Below, piece by piece: positions 25,560 through 40,400 of a stretch of 64,000 nt of DNA. Every line of letters starts with the position of its first letter. Within the stretch, counting starts at the first letter, position 1. The notes under the pieces were generated by a model. It saw nothing but the letters and a program-made list of their open reading frames with translations. It did no database searches and was not told the origin of the DNA. The stretch is from Eledone cirrhosa. Taxonomy: Eukaryota. The stretch lies in NCBI GenBank assembly GCA_964016885.1, contig OZ024754.1, positions 34,906,001 through 34,970,000 on the forward strand. The letters are read 5' to 3'. The translations under genes were made by a program, and so were the position numbers.

Positions 25560-28440
25560 AAACTAAAGAATGTAGATGAAGTGTATATAGAAAGAAACTA
25601 ACGAATGTAGATGTAGTGTATATAGAAAGAAACTAAAGAATGTTGATGAAGTGTATATAGAAAGAAACTAAAGAATGTAGATGAAGTGTATATAGAAAGA
25701 AACTAAAGAATGTAGATGAAGTGTATACAGAATGAAACTAAAGAATGTAGATGAAGTGTATACAGAAAGAAACTAAAGAATGTTGATGAAGTGTATATAG
25801 AAAGAAACTAACGAATGTTGATGAAGTGTATACAGAAAGAAACTAAAGAATGTAGATGAAGTGTATATAGAAAGAAACTAAAGAATGTAGATGTAGTGTA
25901 TATAGAAAGAAATTAAAGAATGTAGATGAAGTGTATATAGAAAGAAACTAAAGAATGTAGATGTAGTGTATACAGAATGAAACTAAAGAATGTAGATGAA
26001 GTGTATACAGAAAGAAACTAAAGAATGTTGATGAACTGTATATAGAAAGAAACTAAAGAATGTTGATGAAGTGTATACAGAAAGAAACTAAAGAATGTTG
26101 ATGAAGTGTATACAGAAAGAAACTAAAGAATGTAGATGAAGTGTATACAGAAAGAAACTAAAGAATGTAGATGTAGTGTATATAGAAAGAAACTAAAGAA
26201 TGTAGATGAAGTGTATACAGAATGAAACTAAAGAATGTAGATGAAGTGTATACAGAAAGAAACTAAAGAATGTTGATGAAGTGTATATAGAAAGAAACTA
26301 AAGAATGTTGATGAAGTGTATACAGAAAGAAACTAAAGAATGTAGATGAAGTGTATATAGAAAGAAACTAAAGAATGTAGATGTAGTGTATATAGAAAGA
26401 AACTAAAGAATGTAGATGAAGTGTATATAGAAAGAAACTAAAGAATGTAGATGTAGTGTATATAGAAAGAAACTAAAGAATGTTGATGAAGTGTATATAG
26501 AAAGAAACTAAAGAATGTTGATGAAGTGTATACAGAAAGAAATTAAAGAATGTAGATGAAGTGTATACAGAAAGAAACTAAAGAATGTAGATGAAGTGTA
26601 TACAGAAAGAAACTAAAGAATGTAGATGAAGTGTATACAGAAAGAAACTAAAGAATGTTGATGAAGTGTATACAGAATGAAACTAAAGAATGTTGATGAA
26701 GTGTATATAGAAAGAAACTAAAGAATGTTGATGAAGTGTATATAGAAAGAAACTAAAGAATGTAGATGAAGTGTATACAGAAAGAAACTAAAGAATGTTG
26801 ATGAAGTGTATATAGAAAGAAACTAAAGAATGTTGATGAAGTGTATATAGAAAGAAACTAAAAAATGTAGATGAAGTGTATACAGAATGAAACTAAAGAA
26901 TGTAGATGAAGTGTATACAGAAAGAAACTAAAGAATGTTGATGAAGTGTATATAGAAAGAAACTAAAGAATGTAGATGAAGTGTATACAGAAAGAAACTA
27001 AAGAATGTAGATGAAGTGTATATAGAAAGAAACTAAAGAATGTTGATGAAGTGTATATAGAAAGAAACTAAAGAATGTAGATGAAGTGTATATAGAAAGA
27101 AACTAACGAATGTAGATGTAGTGTATATAGAAAGAAACTAAAGAATGTTGATGAAGTGTATATAGAAAGAAACTAAAGAATGTAGATGAAGTGTATATAG
27201 AAAGAAACTAAAGAATGTAGATGAAGTGTATACAGAATGAAACTAAAGAATGTAGATGAAGTGTATACAGAAAGAAACTAAAGAATGTTGATGAAGTGTA
27301 TATAGAAAGAAACTAAAGAATGTTGATGAAGTGTATACAGAAAGAAACTAAAGAATGTAGATGAAGTGTATATAGAAAGAAACTAAAGAATGTAGATGTA
27401 GTGTATATAGAAAGAAATTAAAGAATGTAGATGAAGTGTATATAGAAAGAAACTAAAGAATGTAGATGTAGTGTATACAGAATGAAACTAAAGAATGTAG
27501 ATGAAGTGTATACAGAAAGAAACTAAAGAATGTTGATGAAGTGTATATAGAAAGAAACTAAAGAATGTTGATGAAGTGTATACAGAAAGAAACTAAAGAA
27601 TGTTGATGAAGTGTATACAGAAAGAAACTAAATAATGTAGATGAAGTGTATACAGAAAGAAACTAAAGAATGTAGATGTAGTGTATATAGAAAGAAACTA
27701 AAGAATGTAGATGAAGTGTATACAGAATGAAACTAAAGAATGTAGATGAAGTGTATACAGAAAGAAACTAAAGAATGTTGATGAAGTGTATATAGAAAGA
27801 AACTAAAGAATGTTGATGAAGTGTATACAGAAAGAAACTAAAGAATGTAGATGAAGTGTATATAGAAAGAAACTAAAGAATGTAGATGTAGTGTATATAG
27901 AAAGAAACTAAAGAATGTAGATGAAGTGTATATAGAAAGAAACTAAAGAATGTAGATGTAGTGTATATAGAAAGAAACTAAAGAATGTTGATGAAGTGTA
28001 TATAGAAAGAAACTAAAGAATGTTGATGAAGTGTATACAGAAAGAAATTAAAGAATGTAGATGAAGTGTATACAGAAAGAAACTAAAGAATGTAGATGAA
28101 GTGTATACAGAAAGAAACTAAAGAATGTAGATGAAGTGTATACAGAAAGAAACTAAAGAATGTTGATGAAGTGTATACAGAATGAAACTAAAGAATGTTG
28201 ATGAAGTGTATATAGAAAGAAACTAAAGAATGTTGATGAAGTGTATATAGAAAGAAACTAAAGAATGTAGATGAAGTGTATACAGAAAGAAACTAAAGAA
28301 TGTTGATGAAGTGTATATAGAAAGAAACTAAAGAATGTTGATGAAGTGTATATAGAAAGAAACTAAAAAATGTAGATGAAGTGTATACAGAATGAAACTA
28401 AAGAATGTAGATGAAGTGTATACAGAAAGAAACTAAAGAA
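25560..28440. repeat. Tandem duplication of 1,505 bp (43 monomers)
   Basis: Shared markers: ctaacgaa 25602/27107, aaattaaag 25913/27418, ctaaaaaatg 26858/28363. A few private variants differ between copies (e.g. gaactg ~26036, taaataat ~27633). Confidence 0.88.
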
Positions 28441-31400
28441 TGTTAATGAAGTGTATATAGAAAGAAACTAAAGAATGTTGATGAAGTGTATACAGAAAGA
28501 AACTAAAGAATGTAGATGAAGTGTATATAGAAAGAAACTAAAGAATGTAGATGTAGTGTATATAGAAAGAAACTAAAGAATGTTGATGAAGTGTATATAG
28601 AAAGAAACTAAAGAATGTAGATGAAGTGTATATAGAAAGAAACTAAAGAATGTAGATGAAGTGTATACAGAATGAAACTAAAGAATGTAGATGAAGTGTA
28701 TACAGAAAGAAACTAAAGAATGTTGATGAAGTGTATATAGAAAGAAACTAAAGAATGTTGATGAAGTGTCTATAGAATGAAACTAAAGAATGTAGATGTA
28801 GTGTATACAGAAAGAAACTAAAGAATGTAGATGAAGTGTATACAGAAAGAAACTAAAGAATGTTGATGAAGTGTATATAGAAAGAAACTAAAGAATGTAG
28901 ATGAAGTGTATATAGAAAGAAACTAAAGAATGTTGATGAAGTGTATATAGAAAGAAACTAAAGAATGTAGATGAAGTGTATATACAAAGAAACTAAAGAA
29001 TGTAGATGAAGTGTATATAGAAAGAAACTAAAGAATGTTGATGAAGTGTATACAGAAAGAAACTAAAGAACGTAGATGAAGTGTATATAGAAAGAAACTA
29101 AAGAATGTAGATGAAGTAAATACAGAAAGAAACTAAAGAATGTTGATGAAGTGTCTATAGAAAGAAACTAAAGAATCTAGATGAAGTGTATACAGAAAGA
29201 AACTAAAGAATGTAGATGAAGTGTATATAGAAAGAAACTAAAGAATGTTGATGAAGTGTATATAGAAAGAAACTAAAGAATGTTGATGAAGTGTATACAG
29301 AAAGAAACTAAAGAATGTTGATGAAGTGTATATAGAAAGAAACTAAAGAATGTTGATGAAGTGTATACAGAAAGAAACTAAAGAATGTTGATGAAGTGTA
29401 TATAGAAAGAAACTAAAGAATGTAGATGAAGTGTATACAGAAAGAAACTAAAGAATGTAGATGAAGTGTATATAGAAAGAAACTAAAGAATGTTGATGAA
29501 GTGTATACAGAAAGAAACTAAAGAATGTAGATGAAGTGTATATAGAAAGAAACTAAAGAATGTTGATGAAGTGTATACAGAAAGAAACTAAAGAATGTAG
29601 ATGAAGTGTATATAGAAAGAAACTAAAGAATGTTGATGAAGTGTATATAGAAAGAAACTAAAGAATGTAGATGAAGTGTATATAGAAAGAAACTAAAGAA
29701 TGTTGATGAAGTGCATATAGAAAGAAACTAAAGAATGTTGATGAAGTGTATACAGAAAGAAACTAAAGAATGTAGATGAAGTGTATATAGAAAGAAACTA
29801 AAGAATGTTGATGAAGTGTATACAGAAAGAAACTAAAGAATGTAGATGAAGTGTATATAGAAAGAAACTAAAGAATGTTGATGAAGTGTATATAGAAAGA
29901 AACTAATGAATGTTGATGAAGTGTATACAGAAAGAAACTAAAGAATGTAGATGAAGTGTATATAGAAAGAAACTAAAGAATGTAGATGAAGTGTATATAG
30001 AAAGAAACTAAAGAATGTTGATGAAGTGTCTACAGAAAGAAACTAAAGAATGTTGATGAAGTGTATATAGAAAGAAACTAAAGAATGTTGATGAAGTGTC
30101 TACAGAAAGAAACTAAAGAATGTTGATGAAGTGTCTACAGAAAGAAACTAAAGAATGTTGATGAAGTGTCTACAGAATGAAACTAAAGAATGTTGATGAA
30201 GTGTATATAGAAAGAAACTAAAGAATGTAGATGAAGTGTATACAGAAAGAAACTAAAGAATGTTGATGAAGTGTATACAGAATGAAATTAAAGAATGTAG
30301 ATGAAGTGTATACAGAAAGAAACTAAAGAATGTAGATGAAGTGTATACAGAAAGAAACTAAAGAATGTAGATGAAGTGTATACAGAAAGAAACTAAAGAA
30401 TGTTGATGAAGTGTATACAGAATGAAATTAAAGAATGTTGATGAAGTGTATATAGAAAGAAACTAAAGAATGTTGATGAAGTGTATATAGAAAGAAACTA
30501 AAGAATGTAGATGAAGTGTATACAGAAAGAAACTAAAGAATGTTGATGAAGTGTATACAGAATGAAATTAAAGAATGTAGATGAAGTGTATACAGAAAGA
30601 AACTAAAGAATGTAGATGAAGTGTATACAGAAAGAAACTAAAGAATGTAGATGAAGTGTATACAGAAAGAAACTAAAGAATGTTGATGAAGTGTACACAG
30701 AATGAAACTAAAGAATGTTGATGAAGTGTATATAGAACGAAACTAAAGAATGTTGATGAAGTGTATATAGAAAGAAACTAAAGAATGTAGATGAAGTGTA
30801 TACAGAAAGAAACTAAAGAATGTTGATGAAGTGTATATAGAAAGAAACTAAAGAATGTTGATGAAGTGTCTATAGAATGAAACTAAAGAATGTAGATGTA
30901 GTGTATACAGAAAGAAACTAAAGAATGTAGATGAAGTGTATACAGAAAGAAACTAAAGAATGTTGATGAAGTGTATATAGAAAGAAACTAAAGAATGTAG
31001 ATGAAGTGTATATACAAAGAAACTAAAGAATGTAGATGAAGTGTATATAGAAAGAAACTAAAGAATGTTGATGAAGTGTATACAGAAAGAAACTAAAGAA
31101 CGTAGATGAAGTGTATATAGAAAGAAACAAAAGAATGTAGATGAAGTAAATACAGAAAGAAACTAAAGAATGTTGATGAAGTGTCTATAGAAAGAAACTA
31201 AAGAATGTAGATGAAGTGTATACAGAAAGAAACTAAAGAATGTAGATGAAGTGTATATAGAAAGAAACTAAAGAATGTTGATGAAGTGTATATAGAAAGA
31301 AACTAAAGAATGTTGATGAAGTGTATACAGAAAGAAACTAAAGAATGTTGATGAAGTGTATATAGAAAGAAACTAAAGAATGTTGATGAAGTGTATACAG

Positions 31401-34400
31401 AAAGAAACTAAAGAATGTTGATGAAGTGTATATAGAAAGAAACTAAAGAATGTAGATGAAGTGTATACAGAAAGAAACTAAAGAATGTAGATGAAGTGTA
31501 TATAGAAAGAAACTAAAGAATGTTGATGAAGTGTATACAGAAAGAAACTAAAGAATGTAGATGAAGTGTATATAGAAAGAAACTAAAGAATGTTGATGAA
31601 GTGTATACAGAAAGAAACTAAAGAATGTAGATGAAGTGTATATAGAAAGAAACTAAAGAATGTTGATGAAGTGTATATAGAAAGAAACTAAAGAATGTAG
31701 ATGAAGTGTATATAGAAAGAAACTAAAGAATGTTGATGAAGTGCATATAGAAAGAAACTAAAGAATGTTGATGAAGTGTATACAGAAAGAAACTAAAGAA
31801 TGTAGATGAAGTGTATATAGAAAGAAACTAAAGAATGTTGATGAAGTGTATACAGAAAGAAACTAAAGAATGTAGATGAAGTGTATATAGAAAGAAACTA
31901 AAGAATGTAGATGAAGTGTATATAGAAAGAAACTAAAGAATGTTGATGAAGTGTCTACAGAAAGAAACTAAAGAATGTTGATGAAGTGTATATAGAAAGA
32001 AACTAAAGAATGTTGATGAAGTGTCTACAGAAAGAAACTAAAGAATGTTGATGAAGTGTCTACAGAAAGAAACTAAAGAATGTTGATGAAGTGTCTACAG
32101 AAAGAAACTAAAGAATGTTGATGAAGTGTATATAGAAAGAAACTAAAGAATGTAGATGAAGTGTATACAGAAAGAAACTAAAGAATGTTGATGAAGTGTA
32201 TACAGAATGAAATTAAAGAATGTAGATGAAGTGTATACAGAAAGAAACTAAAGAATGTAGATGAAGTGTATACAGAAAGAAACTAAAGAATGTAGATGAA
32301 GTGTATACAGAAAGAAACTAAAGAATGTTGATGAAGTGTATACAGAATGAAATTAAAGAATGTTGATGAAGTGTATATAGAAAGAAACTAAAGAATGTTG
32401 ATGAAGTGTATATAGAAAGAAACTAAAGAATGTAGATGAAGTGTATACAGAAAGAAACTAAAGAATGTAGATGAAGTGTATACAGAAAGAAACTAAAGAA
32501 TGTTGATGAAGTGTACACAGAATGAAACTAAAGAATGTTGATGAAGTGTATATAGAACGAAACTAAAGAATGTTGATGAAGTGTATATAGAAAGAAACTA
32601 AAGAATGTAGATGAAGTGTATACAGAAAGAAACGAAAGAATGTTGATGAAGTGTATATAGAAAGAAACTAAAGAATGTTGATGAAGTGTCTATAGAATGA
32701 AACTAAAGAATGTAGATGTAGTGTATACAGAAAGAAACTAAAGAATGTAGATGAAGTGTATACAGAAAGAAACTAAAGAATGTTGATGAAGTGTATATAG
32801 AAAGAAACTAAAGAATGTAGATGAAGTGTATATACAAAGAAACTAAAGAATGTAGATGAAGTGTATATAGAAAGAAACTAAAGAATGTTGATGAAGTGTA
32901 TACAGAAAGAAACTAAAGAACGTAGATGAAGTGTATATAGAAAGAAACAAAAGAATGTAGATGAAGTAAATACAGAAAGAAACTAAAGAATGTTGATGAA
33001 GTGTCTATAGAAAGAAACTAAAGAATGTAGATGAAGTGTATACAGAAAGAAACTAAAGAATGTAGATGAAGTGTATATAGAAAGAAACTAAAGAATGTTG
33101 ATGAAGTGTATATAGAAAGAAACTAAAGAACGTTGATGAAGTGTATACAGAAAGAAACTAAAGAATGTTGATGAAGTGTATATAGAAAGAAACTAAAGAA
33201 TGTTGATGAAGTGTATACAGAAAGAAACTAAAGAATGTTGATGAAGTGTATATAGAAAGAAACTAAAGAATGTAGATGAAGTGTATACAGAAAGAAACTA
33301 AAGAATGTAGATGAAGTGTATATAGAAAGAAACTAAAGAATGTTGATGAAGTGTATACAGAAAGAAACTAAAGAATGTAGATGAAGTGTATATAGAAAGA
33401 AACTAAAGAATGTTGATGAAGTGTATACAGAAAGAAACTAAAGAATGTAGATGAAGTGTATATAGAAAGAAACTAAAGAATGTTGATGAAGTGTATATAG
33501 AAAGAAACTAAAGAATGTAGATGAAGTGTATATAGAAAGAAACTAAAGAATGTTGATGAAGTGCATATAGAAAGAAACTAAAGAATGTTGATGAAGTGTA
33601 TACAGAAAGAAACTAAAGAATGTAGATGAAGTGTATATAGAAAGAAACTAAAGAATGTTGATGAAGTGTATACAGAAAGAAACTAAAGAATGTAGATGAA
33701 GTGTATATAGAAAGAAACTAAAGAATGTTGATGAAGTGTATATAGAAAGAAACTAATGAATGTTGATGAAGTGTATACAGAAAGAAACTAAAGAATGTAG
33801 ATGAAGTGTATATAGAAAGAAACTAAAGAATGTAGATGAAGTGTATATAGAAAGAAACTAAAGAATGTTGATGAAGTGTCTACAGAAAGAAACTAAAGAA
33901 TGTTGATGAAGTGTATATAGAAAGAAACTAAAGAATGTTGATGAAGTGTCTACAGAAAGAAACTAAAGAATGTTGATGAAGTGTCTACAGAAAGAAACTA
34001 AAGAATGTTGATGAAGTGTCTACAGAAAGAAACTAAAGAATGTTGATGAAGTGTATATAGAAAGAAACTAAAGAATGTAGATGAAGTGTATACAGAAAGA
34101 AACTAAAGAATGTTGATGAAGTGTATACAGAATGAAATTAAAGAATGTAGATGAAGTGTATACAGAAAGAAACTAAAGAATGTAGATGAAGTGTATACAG
34201 AAAGAAACTAAAGAATGTAGATGAAGTGTATACAGAAAGAAACTAAAGAATGTTGATGAAGTGTATACAGAATGAAATTAAAGAATGTTGATGAAGTGTA
34301 TATAGAAAGAAACTAAAGAATGTTGATGAAGTGTATATAGAAAGAAACTAAAGAATGTTGATGAAGTGTATACAGAATGAAATTAAAGAATGTAGATGAA

Positions 34401-37400
34401 GTGTATACAGAAAGAAACTAAAGAATGTAGATGAAGTGTATACAGAAAGAAACTAAAGAATGTAGATGAAGTGTATACAGAAAGAAACTAAAGAATGTTG
34501 ATGAAGTGTACACAGAATGAAACTAAAGAATGTTGATGAAGTGTATATAGAAAGAAACTAAAGAATGTTGATGAAGTGTATATAGAAAGAAACTAAAGAA
34601 TGTAGATGAAGTGTATACAGAAAGAAACTAAAGAATGTTGATGAAGTGTATATAGAAAGAAACTAAAGAATGTTGATGAAGTGTATATAGAAAGAAACTA
34701 AAGAATGTAGATGAAGTGTATACAGAATGAAACTAAAGAATGTAGATGAAGTGTATACAGAAAGAAACTAAAGAATGTTGATGAAGTGTATATAGAAAGA
34801 AACTAAAGAATGTTGATGAAGTGTATACAGAAAGAAACTAAAGAATGTAGATGAAGTGTATATAGAAAGAAACTAAAGAATGTAGATGTAGTGTATATAG
34901 AAAGAAACTAAAGAATGTTGATGAAGTGTATATAGAAAGAAACTAAAGAATGTAGATGAAGTGTATATAGAAAGAAACTAAAGAATGTAGATGAAGTGTA
35001 TACAGAATGAAACTAAAGAATGTAGATGAAGTGTATACAGAAAGAAACTAAAGAATGTTGATGAAGTGTATATAGAAAGAAACTAAAGAATGTTGATGAA
35101 GTGTCTATAGAATGAAACTAAAGAATGTAGATGTAGTGTATACAGAAAGAAACTAAAGAATGTAGATGAAGTGTATACAGAAAGAAACTAAAGAATGTTG
35201 ATGAAGTGTATATAGAAAGAAACTAAAGAATGTAGATGAAGTGTATATAGAAAGAAACTAAAGAATGTTGATGAAGTGTATATAGAAAGAAACTAAAGAA
35301 TGTAGATGAAGTGTATATACAAAGAAACTAAAGAATGTAGATGAAGTGTATATAGAAAGAAACTAAAGAATGTTGATGAAGTGTCTACAGAAAGAAACTA
35401 AAGAATGTTGATGAAGTGTCTACAGAAAGAAACTAAAGAATGTTGATGAAGTGTATATAGAAAGAAACTAAAGAATGTTGATGAAGTGTCTACAGAAAGA
35501 AACTAAAGAATGTTGATGAAGTGTCTACAGAAAGAAACTAAAGAATGTTGATGAAGTGTCTACAGAAAGAAACTAAAGAATGTTGATGAAGTGTATATAG
35601 AAAGAAACTAAAGAATGTAGATGAAGTGTATACAGAAAGAAACTAAAGAATGTTGATGAAGTGTATACAGAATGAAATTAAAGAATGTAGATGAAGTGTA
35701 TACAGAAAGAAACTAAAGAATGTAGATGAAGTGTATACAGAAAGAAACTAAAGAATGTAGATGAAGTGTATACAGAAAGAAACTAAAGAATGTTGATGAA
35801 GTGTATACAGAATGAAATTAAAGAATGTTGATGAAGTGTATATAGAAAGAAACTAAAGAATGTTGATGAAGTGTATATAGAAAGAAACTAAAGAATGTAG
35901 ATGAAGTGTATACAGAAAGAAACTAAAGAATGTTGATGAAGTGTATACAGAATGAAATTAAAGAATGTAGATGAAGTGTATACAGAAAGAAACTAAAGAA
36001 TGTAGATGAAGTGTATACAGAAAGAAACTAAAGAATGTAGATGAAGTGTATACAGAAAGAAACTAAAGAATGTTGATGAAGTGTACACAGAATGAAACTA
36101 AAGAATGTTGATGAAGTGTATATAGAAAGAAACTAAAAAATGTAGATGAAGTGTATACAGAATGAAACTAAAGAATGTAGATGAAGTGTATACAGAAAGA
36201 AACTAAAGAATGTTAATGAAGTGTATATAGAAAGAAACTAAAGAATGTTGATGAAGTGTATACAGAAAGAAACTAAAGAATGTAGATGAAGTGTATATAG
36301 AAAGAAACTAAAGAATGTAGATGTAGTGTATATAGAAAGAAACTAAAGAATGTTGATGAAGTGTATATAGAAAGAAACTAAAGAATGTAGATGAAGTGTA
36401 TATAGAAAGAAACTAAAGAATGTAGATGAAGTGTATACAGAATGAAACTAAAGAATGTAGATGAAGTGTATACAGAAAGAAACTAAAGAATGTTGATGAA
36501 GTGTATATAGAAAGAAACTAAAGAATGTTGATGAAGTGTCTATAGAATGAAACTAAAGAATGTAGATGTAGTGTATACAGAAAGAAACTAAAGAATGTAG
36601 ATGAAGTGTATACAGAAAGAAACTAAAGAATGTTGATGAAGTGTATATAGAAAGAAACTAAAGAATGTAGATGAAGTGTATATAGAAAGAAACTAAAGAA
36701 TGTTGATGAAGTGTATATAGAAAGAAACTAAAGAATGTAGATGAAGTGTATATACAAAGAAACTAAAGAATGTAGATGAAGTGTATATAGAAAGAAACTA
36801 AAGAATGTTGATGAAGTGTATACAGAAAGAAACTAAAGAACGTAGATGAAGTGTATATAGAAAGAAACTAAAGAATGTAGATGAAGTAAATACAGAAAGA
36901 AACTAAAGAATGTTGATGAAGTGTCTATAGAAAGAAACTAAAGAATCTAGATGAAGTGTATACAGAAAGAAACTAAAGAATGTAGATGAAGTGTATATAG
37001 AAAGAAACTAAAGAATGTTGATGAAGTGTATATAGAAAGAAACTAAAGAATGTTGATGAAGTGTATACAGAAAGAAACTAAAGAATGTTGATGAAGTGTA
37101 TATAGAAAGAAACTAAAGAATGTTGATGAAGTGTATACAGAAAGAAACTAAAGAATGTTGATGAAGTGTATATAGAAAGAAACTAAAGAATGTAGATGAA
37201 GTGTATACAGAAAGAAACTAAAGAATGTAGATGAAGTGTATATAGAAAGAAACTAAAGAATGTTGATGAAGTGTATACAGAAAGAAACTAAAGAATGTAG
37301 ATGAAGTGTATATAGAAAGAAACTAAAGAATGTTGATGAAGTGTATACAGAAAGAAACTAAAGAATGTAGATGAAGTGTATATAGAAAGAAACTAAAGAA

Positions 37401-40400
37401 TGTTGATGAAGTGTATATAGAAAGAAACTAAAGAATGTAGATGAAGTGTATATAGAAAGAAACTAAAGAATGTTGATGAAGTGCATATAGAAAGAAACTA
37501 AAGAATGTTGATGAAGTGTATACAGAAAGAAACTAAAGAATGTAGATGAAGTGTATATAGAAAGAAACTAAAGAATGTTGATGAAGTGTATACAGAAAGA
37601 AACTAAAGAATGTAGATGAAGTGTATATAGAAAGAAACTAAAGAATGTTGATGAAGTGTATATAGAAAGAAACTAATGAATGTTGATGAAGTGTATACAG
37701 AAAGAAACTAAAGAATGTAGATGAAGTGTATATAGAAAGAAACTAAAGAATGTAGATGAAGTGTATATAGAAAGAAACTAAAGAATGTTGATGAAGTGTC
37801 TACAGAAAGAAACTAAAGAATGTTGATGAAGTGTATATAGAAAGAAACTAAAGAATGTTGATGAAGTGTCTACAGAAAGAAACTAAAGAATGTTGATGAA
37901 GTGTCTACAGAAAGAAACTAAAGAATGTTGATGAAGTGTCTACAGAATGAAACTAAAGAATGTTGATGAAGTGTATATAGAAAGAAACTAAAGAATGTAG
38001 ATGAAGTGTATACAGAAAGAAACTAAAGAATGTTGATGAAGTGTATACAGAATGAAATTAAAGAATGTAGATGAAGTGTATACAGAAAGAAACTAAAGAA
38101 TGTAGATGAAGTGTATACAGAAAGAAACTAAAGAATGTAGATGAAGTGTATACAGAAAGAAACTAAAGAATGTTGATGAAGTGTATACAGAATGAAATTA
38201 AAGAATGTTGATGAAGTGTATATAGAAAGAAACTAAAGAATGTTGATGAAGTGTATATAGAAAGAAACTAAAGAATGTAGATGAAGTGTATACAGAAAGA
38301 AACTAAAGAATGTTGATGAAGTGTATACAGAATGAAATTAAAGAATGTAGATGAAGTGTATACAGAAAGAAACTAAAGAATGTAGATGAAGTGTATACAG
38401 AAAGAAACTAAAGAATGTAGATGAAGTGTATACAGAAAGAAACTAAAGAATGTTGATGAAGTGTACACAGAATGAAACTAAAGAATGTTGATGAAGTGTA
38501 TATAGAACGAAACTAAAGAATGTTGATGAAGTGTATATAGAAAGAAACTAAAGAATGTAGATGAAGTGTATACAGAAAGAAACTAAAGAATGTTGATGAA
38601 GTGTATATAGAAAGAAACTAAAGAATGTTGATGAAGTGTCTATAGAATGAAACTAAAGAATGTAGATGTAGTGTATACAGAAAGAAACTAAAGAATGTAG
38701 ATGAAGTGTATACAGAAAGAAACTAAAGAATGTTGATGAAGTGTATATAGAAAGAAACTAAAGAATGTAGATGAAGTGTATATACAAAGAAACTAAAGAA
38801 TGTAGATGAAGTGTATATAGAAAGAAACTAAAGAATGTTGATGAAGTGTATACAGAAAGAAACTAAAGAACGTAGATGAAGTGTATATAGAAAGAAACAA
38901 AAGAATGTAGATGAAGTAAATACAGAAAGAAACTAAAGAATGTTGATGAAGTGTCTATAGAAAGAAACTAAAGAATGTAGATGAAGTGTATACAGAAAGA
39001 AACTAAAGAATGTAGATGAAGTGTATATAGAAAGAAACTAAAGAATGTTGATGAAGTGTATATAGAAAGAAACTAAAGAATGTTGATGAAGTGTATACAG
39101 AAAGAAACTAAAGAATGTTGATGAAGTGTATATAGAAAGAAACTAAAGAATGTTGATGAAGTGTATACAGAAAGAAACTAAAGAATGTTGATGAAGTGTA
39201 TATAGAAAGAAACTAAAGAATGTAGATGAAGTGTATACAGAAAGAAACTAAAGAATGTAGATGAAGTGTATATAGAAAGAAACTAAAGAATGTTGATGAA
39301 GTGTATACAGAAAGAAACTAAAGAATGTAGATGAAGTGTATATAGAAAGAAACTAAAGAATGTTGATGAAGTGTATACAGAAAGAAACTAAAGAATGTAG
39401 ATGAAGTGTATATAGAAAGAAACTAAAGAATGTTGATGAAGTGTATATAGAAAGAAACTAAAGAATGTAGATGAAGTGTATATAGAAAGAAACTAAAGAA
39501 TGTTGATGAAGTGCATATAGAAAGAAACTAAAGAATGTTGATGAAGTGTATACAGAAAGAAACTAAAGAATGTAGATGAAGTGTATATAGAAAGAAACTA
39601 AAGAATGTTGATGAAGTGTATACAGAAAGAAACTAAAGAATGTAGATGAAGTGTATATAGAAAGAAACTAAAGAATGTAGATGAAGTGTATATAGAAAGA
39701 AACTAAAGAATGTTGATGAAGTGTCTACAGAAAGAAACTAAAGAATGTTGATGAAGTGTATATAGAAAGAAACTAAAGAATGTTGATGAAGTGTCTACAG
39801 AAAGAAACTAAAGAATGTTGATGAAGTGTCTACAGAAAGAAACTAAAGAATGTTGATGAAGTGTCTACAGAAAGAAACTAAAGAATGTTGATGAAGTGTA
39901 TATAGAAAGAAACTAAAGAATGTAGATGAAGTGTATACAGAAAGAAACTAAAGAATGTTGATGAAGTGTATACAGAATGAAATTAAAGAATGTAGATGAA
40001 GTGTATACAGAAAGAAACTAAAGAATGTAGATGAAGTGTATACAGAAAGAAACTAAAGAATGTAGATGAAGTGTATACAGAAAGAAACTAAAGAATGTTG
40101 ATGAAGTGTATACAGAATGAAATTAAATAATGTTGATGAAGTGTATATAGAAAGAAACTAAAGAATGTTGATGAAGTGTATATAGAAAGAAACTAAAGAA
40201 TGTAGATGAAGTGTATACAGAAAGAAACTAAAGAATGTTGATGAAGTGTATACAGAATGAAATTAAAGAATGTAGATGAAGTGTATACAGAAAGAAACTA
40301 AAGAATGTAGATGAAGTGTATACAGAAAGAAACTAAAGAATGTAGATGAAGTGTATACAGAAAGAAACTAAAGAATGTTGATGAAGTGTACACAGAATGA

